Source: Escherichia phage BP9
Sequence record: PP488543.1
DNA length: 64,000 nucleotides
Direction: 5' to 3' (one strand)
Below the pieces are notes generated by a model. That model was given only the letters and a program-made list of their open reading frames with translations, was not told the DNA's origin and did no database searches. The stretch's first letter is position 1, and every line of letters begins with the position of its first letter. Shown here one piece after another: positions 57,644 to 64,000 of the stretch. The translations under genes were made by a program, and so were the position numbers.

Positions 57644-58144
57644 GTGAAAATTAAGATCTTTGCTATTATTTTGAGCGCACTTTTATCGCTGCCTGTTGTT
57701 GCAGCACCAAAACAAAAAGTATATCATACTTGCAAGCCATCGGATACTAAGGAAAACATTCTGGCATGCAATATCTACAGGGAAGCTAGAGGAGATGGCA
57801 CGATGGGTATGCTGGCATCTGGGTTTGCCACCCTAAACAGGAAATCTCATCCCAAATACCCGGACACTATAAGAAAGATTGTCTACCAACCTAATCAGTT
57901 TTCGTGGACAACCTACGGCAAAACTTTTAAGGTGACAGAAAAAGATTCATGGGATCACGCTAAAAGTCTTGCAAAGATGCTTCTAAAGGTCTATAATAAC
58001 AACCATGTTGCATACATGGCTATGGATATAACAGGTGGAGCAACACACTACCATACGACCAAAGTACGACCGAAATGGGCAAAAAAGATGCAGAGGACAG
58101 CTCAATTCGGGAGTCATATCTACTACAAGGAGCGCAATAAATGA
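57644..58144 (+). CDS. secreted cell wall hydrolase, SleB-like
   Basis: 166 aa; N-terminal signal peptide MKIKIFAIILSALLSLPVVAAP; motif NIYREARGDG...LNR...IVYQPNQFSW; GTG start with SD GGAG. Confidence 0.6.
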   Translation: MKIKIFAIILSALLSLPVVAAPKQKVYHTCKPSDTKENILACNIYREARGDGTMGMLASGFATLNRKSHPKYPDTIRKIVYQPNQFSWTTYGKTFKVTEKDSWDHAKSLAKMLLKVYNNNHVAYMAMDITGGATHYHTTKVRPKWAKKMQRTAQFGSHIYYKERNK

Positions 58145-60123
58145 TTGTAAACAGTAATGAAACTAAAGCAGTGCTAACTGGAAATATGGAGGTCACCAGG
58201 GGCTCAATTTCTCTGAACAAAGAGACTTTTGGGCTAATCATTAAAGGGATTTACGAAGATAAGGTGCTGGCAAGCTGCCGTGAACCAATCTTCAATGCTG
58301 TGGACTCTCATGTTGAGTCTGGACGGGGTGATGTACCGATCATCATTCACTCTCCTACAGACCTTGAACCATACTTCTTTGTGCAGGACGTTGGATTAGG
58401 CATGTCAGAAGAGATGGTCCGCAACACTTTCATGAACCTCGGAGAGTCAACCAAGCGCAACAGCAACGCTCTGGTGGGTAATAAAGGTGTTGGTTCAAAG
58501 GCCCCGTTCAGCATGGTGGACACTTTCGATGTGATCAGTGTACACAATGGTGTTGAAAGCACATATCTATTGTTCTTGGATCAGGGTATCCCAAACGTTA
58601 CCAAAATCCGCGAGCGGAAGACCGAAGAGCACAATGGGGTAAAAGTTCAGTTCCATGTTAAGAAAGAGCATGTTCTGAAATATCGCACTGCTATTGCATC
58701 ATGCCTACGCTATGCAAAGTTTCCGTTTACCGTTACCGATCCTATGACCAATAAGATGCTGGAAGGTGACAAGGTTGAGGCGCAGTATCGCTACGAGAAA
58801 GATGGTTGGAAAATGACCATCCTAAAGGGCTATACCAGCTCTGACGAGAGTCGCGTGGTAATGGGTCACCAACCTTACCGTTCTAAGTTCCTGGAGACAT
58901 TAACAGACTACCCTGCAATCTGTGTAGAGATCCCTATCGGGGATTGCAATATTAACCCTGGGCGCGAATGGACCATAGAGGGGCACGACGATGGTGGATT
59001 CCAAGAGCGGTTGGAGGCTTTTGTCAAAGAGGGTATCCGTCTTCGTGGGGCAGAAGTTGTTGCGGAATTGGAGACAGCAAAAACATCCTCAGAAGCACGT
59101 GAGATGATGAAGAACAGTGGAGTGTTCGGGCACATCTTCGGTAAGAATTTTATGTGGGACCGATGGGAAGAGACAGGACTAGGAAGTTTGGGAGATTGTG
59201 AGATCTTCGCTGGCGGCTTAAATAAAGGCCGCATAGGTTACGCCTGCTACGGAAAGTCGGAGTTCTTACGAGGGGTCTACTTAGTGTTTAACGACGGAGA
59301 CGGCAAATATAACCGAAATAAGTGTAACTACTTAAGCGAGATCACCGGACGCAACGTTTTCTATTGCCGTAACACGGATTTGGTGGAAGAGTTTAAAGAA
59401 GCGGCACACCACCCGTTCTTTGCAGATACGGTCAAATTGTTATCAGAGCTTCCTCGCCGACCTGTGAAGAAAGGTGAAACCAAAACTCGTTACGAGCCAG
59501 GCTATTGGGTTAAAAAACTTGAGAAGGATGGTTACTTCCGTCGTGAGCGTATTACTAAGGCAGAGTTCAGGAAGATTAAGCACTGCATTCCTTATGAGGG
59601 TGATATCCAACGTGGAAGTTGTTGGCTGGGACAGCTGAGTAACATCTACCAGCAAAATTATGACCGTGTGCGTGCGGCACTCCAGATTCCTGAAGGGGAA
59701 GATCTGTACCTAGTATCAGAATCTCGTCTGCTTTGGACTGATCCTGATTGCCAGTATGTTACAGAGAAGAATGTGGAACATTTGTTGAAAGAGGACGCCT
59801 GGAAATTCTTACTGACTCGCGCAGCAAATGAAACTTCATATGACAGCCTGTATAGACAATTAGGGAAAATTATTCCCATGCAAGATTTTGGAAATTATCG
59901 GCCACATTTCCACAAGTGGGAAGGTAACACCGCGTGGAAGCACAGTGAGCTAAATCATCGTGCCAAAATCTTAATCGCCAACCGAGTTAAATGCGGGAAG
60001 GCCTATATTGCAAGATTGGAAAAGAAATACCCACTTTTGAAGCATGTAGGCTTGAAATATTGGGACACTCCTGCTATGATTGAATACCGTGAACTGATCG
60101 ATACAAAGAATAACATCAAATAA
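58141..60123 (+). CDS. rIIA: rIIA-like protein
   Basis: 660 aa; N-terminal region parallels T4 rIIA (...DVGLGMSEE...GNKGVGSKAPFSMVDTF...). Confidence 0.8.
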   Translation: MIVNSNETKAVLTGNMEVTRGSISLNKETFGLIIKGIYEDKVLASCREPIFNAVDSHVESGRGDVPIIIHSPTDLEPYFFVQDVGLGMSEEMVRNTFMNLGESTKRNSNALVGNKGVGSKAPFSMVDTFDVISVHNGVESTYLLFLDQGIPNVTKIRERKTEEHNGVKVQFHVKKEHVLKYRTAIASCLRYAKFPFTVTDPMTNKMLEGDKVEAQYRYEKDGWKMTILKGYTSSDESRVVMGHQPYRSKFLETLTDYPAICVEIPIGDCNINPGREWTIEGHDDGGFQERLEAFVKEGIRLRGAEVVAELETAKTSSEAREMMKNSGVFGHIFGKNFMWDRWEETGLGSLGDCEIFAGGLNKGRIGYACYGKSEFLRGVYLVFNDGDGKYNRNKCNYLSEITGRNVFYCRNTDLVEEFKEAAHHPFFADTVKLLSELPRRPVKKGETKTRYEPGYWVKKLEKDGYFRRERITKAEFRKIKHCIPYEGDIQRGSCWLGQLSNIYQQNYDRVRAALQIPEGEDLYLVSESRLLWTDPDCQYVTEKNVEHLLKEDAWKFLLTRAANETSYDSLYRQLGKIIPMQDFGNYRPHFHKWEGNTAWKHSELNHRAKILIANRVKCGKAYIARLEKKYPLLKHVGLKYWDTPAMIEYRELIDTKNNIK

Positions 60124-60133
60124 GGAGACCAAG

Positions 60134-60984
60134 ATGATTTTCATCTACGAACATTTCAAAACCCGTAAAGAAGCAAGAGACCGCCGTGCAGAACTTGAGA
60201 AGAAGGGTTTCATATGTGCCATTGAGAAAGGCGACACAACCTGGACACTGGCAGTTGGTGCCCCAGAGTTGTTCGATCCTGACCGTGACAGCGTCTGCTA
60301 CACCCGTGAAGATTTTGAAACCCGCGAAGAGGCCCGTTTATTTCGATACGGTCTGGAAGATAACGGTAAGTACGCCATGATCTTAGATTTAGGCGAAGGG
60401 TCCGTTAAACGTTGGGGCGTGGTATACCCACTGTGTGTTGTTCATGGTGTGGGGTTCACTGGGGTAGCAATCAAGTCAGAAGAACCTTTAGTAGAAGTCA
60501 AAGATCCGGTGCTGGAGGTGGTGAGCAGTGTATCTCAGCAACAGACTCGAAGTATTGAGCCTTTGGTAGTTATTTGTGGGGAACTCCTCCAGATCACCTG
60601 CAACGAAGGCATTTTTGAAATTCGCCGCAGTGAAAGTGAGGAAGTTTACCAGAAAGTCTTCGACCATATCTCTGTCCAGAAATATGACGAGGCAATTGGT
60701 GAAATCCTTGTCTGGTTGGAACGCAAGAATGAGTTCACTACACTTGCAGACAACCTGATCATGAAAGATGGTAAGCTCTACTACTACGGTGTAGAGATGC
60801 GATCCACCATTGCAAAGAAAATTGAGAAAGATTATGCAGACGGAACACTAGATGACCGCTATGTGAAATTCCTAGTTCGCCTGCTACGCAATCCTTCTGC
60901 AAAATCTGTAAACATGCTCTACGATTTTATGCAGGCCAACGATATCCAGCTTGCAGAAGATGGTCGAATCATTTGCTACAAAGG
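60134..60984 (+). pseudogene. rIIB: rIIB-like gene, 3'-truncated at junction with IS2 remnant
   Basis: Matches T4 rIIB through ...[25 protein letters not shown]; ORF then runs into IS2 sequence to a stop at 61033. Confidence 0.75.
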
Positions 60985-61271
60985 AGTTCATTTTCCATCG
61001 TTTTTTTGCCGAGCAGGAGCTGGAGTTCTTTAATCTGCTTCATGGCAGCAGCAAGTTCAGAGGCAGGAACGACCTGTTCTCCTGCGGCCACAGCAGTAAG
61101 ACTTCCCTCCTGGTATTGCTTGCGCCAGAGAAATAACTGGCTGGCTGCCACACCGTGTTGCCGGGCAACAAGGGAGACCGTCATTCCCGGTTCAAAGCTC
61201 TGCTGAACAATAGCGATCTTTTCCTGTGTAGTACGCCGTCTGCGTTTCTCCGGTCCTAAGACATCAATCAT
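60985..61271 (-). pseudogene. insC: IS2 insC (orfA) 3'-truncated
   Basis: First 97 or so codons of IS2 OrfA present; remainder of IS2 absent. Confidence 0.8.
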
Positions 61272-61362
61272 CTGCTCTCCAATGACTAGTCTAAAAACTA
61301 GTATTAAGACTATCACTTATTTAAGTGATATTGGTTGTCTGGAGATTCAGGGGGCCAGTCTA
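60985..61362 (-). mobile_element. IS2 left-end remnant (terminal inverted repeat plus 5' part of insC/orfA)
   Basis: Minus strand reads TAGACTGGCCCCCTGAATCTCCAGACAACC... and encodes [56 protein letters not shown]...; match stops after ...KTMENELL near 60985. Confidence 0.85.
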
Positions 61363-61384
61363 TATTCCACGCTGTACTGCAGTG

Positions 61385-61681
61385 ATGAATGGAGTATCTT
61401 CTGATCTTATCGGTTCAAATTCGTTTCAGGTAAACCCATCTATTTTTCACAAACATACTAGTTCAATCGATGTCAATAATGGAATTCATTCTATGGCATA
61501 CGATAATCACATGGCCTCTGGTAACATTGCAGAAACTGAAATATCTGAACTTACTCAGGATATTGTATCTAAAATAAAACTTGGTTATGCAAGTGAAACG
61601 ACTTCTGGAGTTGATGTTGTTATTGCCAGAGTGCAGGTTATTTTTGATGGATTAACATCATCTGGAGTTTGCAGGAAATAA
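61385..61681 (+). CDS. hypothetical protein adjacent to IS2 end
   Basis: ATG at 61385; track ORF (61325) extends upstream into IS2 and is probably artefactual; weak SD. Confidence 0.3.
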   Translation: MNGVSSDLIGSNSFQVNPSIFHKHTSSIDVNNGIHSMAYDNHMASGNIAETEISELTQDIVSKIKLGYASETTSGVDVVIARVQVIFDGLTSSGVCRK

Positions 61682-61856
61682 ATTTTGGCAACTAATAAAC
61701 CGCCTTACATTTATGGTTGTTTATGAATATTGTCATCAAAAACCAATGAATTGATAGTTATTTCAGAATATCTGATGGTTAAACATATATGGTTTGTTGT
61801 GTGTGGTGAGCTGTAAGTGAAGAGGTTCGATATGTACAAAAAAAATGGTGTGTGCT

Positions 61857-62261
61857 ATGTCGGTTAACATAACAACTGAGTCTTTAAATCAATGGCTTAG
61901 TGTGAGCTCTCTTGCTGCGGTTATCGTAGGCGTTCCGCCAGAGGTGGCGCTCGGTGCTCTTGCTGGCGCGGTAATTTTTGTTACCTCTGCGGTAGAGTAT
62001 CCAATTCGTCGTCGCGTACTCTTGTCGATGCTCAGCTTTCTCTGCGGACTTCTTTTCTACAAACCAGCAGCATCAATTCTTATCGGCATAGCCAGCCTGA
62101 TCCCTACCATCACGCAGGACTCTTTTGAAAAAGGTATTGTTTTCTCTGCTGGCGCATTCGTGTCAGCAATTGTCGCTGTGCGTATTGGTATATGGCTCTA
62201 CCACCGTTCAGACAATCCACGCGATTTAATTCCGGGGAGAAAAGACGATGGTAACGCATGA
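61857..62261 (+). CDS. multi-pass membrane protein, holin/antiholin-like
   Basis: Three to four hydrophobic helices; first gene of lysis cassette; alternative start 61845. Confidence 0.45.
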   Translation: MSVNITTESLNQWLSVSSLAAVIVGVPPEVALGALAGAVIFVTSAVEYPIRRRVLLSMLSFLCGLLFYKPAASILIGIASLIPTITQDSFEKGIVFSAGAFVSAIVAVRIGIWLYHRSDNPRDLIPGRKDDGNA

Positions 62262-62556
62262 GTTTTTTTTGCTTATCACCAATGCAGTTATTTGTACTGG
62301 CATAGCAATTCGCGTTGTCACATTCCGGCGTAACGGATCTCAACACCGAAGATGGGGTGGGTGGATTGCTTATTTCCTGATTGTTGCTGCGGCCAGTATT
62401 CCTGTTCGTGTCGTTTATGCAATCTGGTTACGCACGCCAATGGCTGTGGATTTATCTGAGGTCATTATCAACGCTGTCATGCTTGCTGCGGTTATTAAAA
62501 CGCGCGGTAACGTCGTTCAGATTTTCAAAATAACGAGGTCTAAACATGGAGATTAA
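62248..62556 (+). CDS. membrane protein, holin-like
   Basis: 102 aa; three hydrophobic segments; overlaps upstream gene; immediately upstream of endolysin. Confidence 0.45.
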   Translation: MVTHEFFLLITNAVICTGIAIRVVTFRRNGSQHRRWGGWIAYFLIVAAASIPVRVVYAIWLRTPMAVDLSEVIINAVMLAAVIKTRGNVVQIFKITRSKHGD

Positions 62557-63175
62557 ACAATTCCAGCGAGCTGCTGGTATTAGAGAGGCGCTGGCCGCTC
62601 GCTGGTTCTCGCATATAACTTCTGCGATGAAAGAGTTTGGTATCAGCAAAGCAGAGGATCAGGCAATGTTTATTGCTCAGGTCGGGCATGAATCTGTGGG
62701 CTTCACCAGATTGCAGGAGAATTTCAACTACAGTGTCAGCGGTCTGGCTAACTTCGTTCGGGCTGGGCGTCTCACTCAGGGGCAGGCTAATGCACTGGGT
62801 CGCCGTGCTGGTGAACCACCATTGCCACTCGAGCGCCAGCGAGCGATCGCCAATCTGGTGTACAGCAAACGCATGGGGAACAATTCCCCTGGTGACGGCT
62901 GGAATTACCGAGGCCGTGGACTTATCCAGATTACCGGTTTGAATAACTATCGTGACTGCGGAAACGGCCTGAAAGTGGACCTGCTGGAGAATCCTGAACT
63001 GTTAGCGCAGGACGAATATGCGGCTCGTAGCGCGGCGTGGTTCTTCTCCAGCAAAGGTTGCATGAAGTATACCGGCGATATTGCACGTGTAACTTTGATT
63101 ATCAATGGTGGCAGGAACGGCATCGACGACCGGAGAGCGCGGTACATCACTGCCAGTAAGGTGCTGGCGGTATGA
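62546..63175 (+). CDS. endolysin, GH19 chitinase-like lysozyme
   Basis: 209 aa; motifs VGHESVGF and [11 protein letters not shown]. Confidence 0.75.
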   Translation: MEIKQFQRAAGIREALAARWFSHITSAMKEFGISKAEDQAMFIAQVGHESVGFTRLQENFNYSVSGLANFVRAGRLTQGQANALGRRAGEPPLPLERQRAIANLVYSKRMGNNSPGDGWNYRGRGLIQITGLNNYRDCGNGLKVDLLENPELLAQDEYAARSAAWFFSSKGCMKYTGDIARVTLIINGGRNGIDDRRARYITASKVLAV

Positions 63176-63654
63176 TCTGGGCATTCGTAAAAGCATACTG
63201 GAAACAGTTGCTTATCGTGGCGGTGCTTGCTGTTCTGGTCATATCAGGGGTTGTTGCCTGGAATGTACACGGTAGTCGTCAGTACGACGCCGGGTATGCA
63301 CAGGCGAAAGAAGACCGCAAAACCGAAGATGAGAGAGTTCGTCAGCACTACGAACAGGAGAAATCGATCAATGAACGTGAAGCGCAGCAGAGGATCGACC
63401 AGGCGCGCAATGATGCTCTTGATGCTGCCGCTCGCGCTGGCCGGTTGCAGCAACAGCTCGTTGCCATCCGTGAGCAGCTCAGGCAGTATAACGCCATTGT
63501 CGGCGCTGGGACGTCAGCCGCAGACACCGGAGTTTTGCTTGCCGACGTGCTCAGTAAATCTCTCGAGAGAAACAGACAACTGGCAGAGTATGCTGACCGG
63601 GCAGCCGAAGCCGGAAGAGTCTGTGAAAAACAGTACGACACCCTGACCAGATAG
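63172..63654 (+). CDS. i-spanin (Rz-like)
   Basis: 160 aa; N-terminal TM helix [18 protein letters not shown] then coiled-coil; ATGA overlap with endolysin; embedded Rz1 frame. Confidence 0.7.
   Translation: MIWAFVKAYWKQLLIVAVLAVLVISGVVAWNVHGSRQYDAGYAQAKEDRKTEDERVRQHYEQEKSINEREAQQRIDQARNDALDAAARAGRLQQQLVAIREQLRQYNAIVGAGTSAADTGVLLADVLSKSLERNRQLAEYADRAAEAGRVCEKQYDTLTR
63371..63646 (+). CDS. o-spanin (Rz1-like lipoprotein) embedded in Rz
   Basis: +1 frame within Rz; signal peptide with lipobox LAGC; Pro-rich mature region. Confidence 0.6.
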   Translation: MNVKRSRGSTRRAMMLLMLPLALAGCSNSSLPSVSSSGSITPLSALGRQPQTPEFCLPTCSVNLSRETDNWQSMLTGQPKPEESVKNSTTP

Positions 63655-63825
63655 CATGGCATTTTTCATGGTACTGATTTCCGGTGACGGTATATAAAAC
63701 GGTACGGTAAAAATTGAGATTTGGAAAAATGTTATCACTCAATTGGTTATGGTATCCGTAAATAATTGAGTGGGAATGATTAACAGCTAACTCATAGCAA
63801 ATCATTCCTATTCAGATGCTAACTC

Positions 63826-63859
63826 AACCCTCTGTTTTTGCAGAGGGTTTTTGTTTTTA
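63826..63859 (+). terminator. intrinsic terminator downstream of lysis cassette
   Basis: CCCTCTG-TTTTTG-CAGAGGG then TTTTTGTTTTT. Confidence 0.75.
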
Positions 63860-64000
63860 TGTATTCATTTCTATTCACTCTACACCATATTTTTCGGCGG
63901 TACAGGTGACGGTATTACCTTAAAGGTATACTCTCATACCGTCATGAAAATGGTTTCTATATGGGTGAATTGTGCTTACCGATACAAAATTAAAAAACCT

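Noticed and set aside
60985-61362. Complete IS2 element
   Set aside because: Only about 378 bp of the left end are present; the right end and most of the transposase reading frames are absent, so it is a remnant.
61325-61384. N-terminal extension of ORF 61325-61681 into IS2
   Set aside because: The first 38 nt lie inside the IS2 terminal repeat; an internal ATG at 61385 is the plausible start if the gene is real at all.
61800-61845. GGTTCGAT-like sequence as a possible tRNA 3' arm
   Set aside because: No acceptor stem, D-arm or anticodon arm could be assembled; no tRNA-like cloverleaf was recognised anywhere in the window.
1-64000. Integrase, attachment site or repressor indicating an integrated prophage boundary
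   Set aside because: No tyrosine or serine recombinase-like ORF, and no tRNA-adjacent repeat, was recognised; the only mobile-element signature is the IS2 remnant.

Overview
The window is a composite of three parts. (1) Positions 1 to about 60984 are a compositionally uniform, lower-GC phage genome segment. It runs from a packaging/head module (large terminase, portal, XkdF-like protease, scaffold, gpD-like decoration protein, lambda-gpE-like major capsid) through a tail module (putative sheath and tube, tail assembly chaperone with a -1 frameshift site, tape measure, hub/spike/gp25-like/baseplate-J-like proteins) and an unusually large set of fibre and receptor-binding genes. These include an S74 intramolecular-chaperone fibre, a lambda-J-like central fibre with internal coiled-coil repeats, two paralogous gpH-like fibres, one Tfa chaperone and a 1878-aa giant protein. 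After that comes a minus-strand early block of small genes (frameshifted HAD phosphatase, VWA/HExxH protein), a divergent promoter region, and a plus-strand early block (small acidic proteins, MoxR/CobS-like AAA+ ATPase, signal-peptide SleB-like hydrolase, rIIA, rIIB). (2) rIIB is truncated at about 60984 and fused to a roughly 378-bp remnant of the IS2 left end (60985..61362). (3) From 61363 onward is a higher-GC lambdoid-type lysis cassette: two membrane proteins, a GH19-type endolysin and Rz with embedded Rz1. Transcription of the phage part appears organised into units bounded by intrinsic terminators and a recurring sigma70-type promoter (TTGnnn, 17 bp, TAAAAT, usually with TGG immediately upstream of the -10). 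No tRNA, rRNA, CRISPR array or integrase was seen. All calls come from reading the sequence and recalled protein-family signatures; no database search was run, and the sheath/tube and several baseplate assignments are the least certain.
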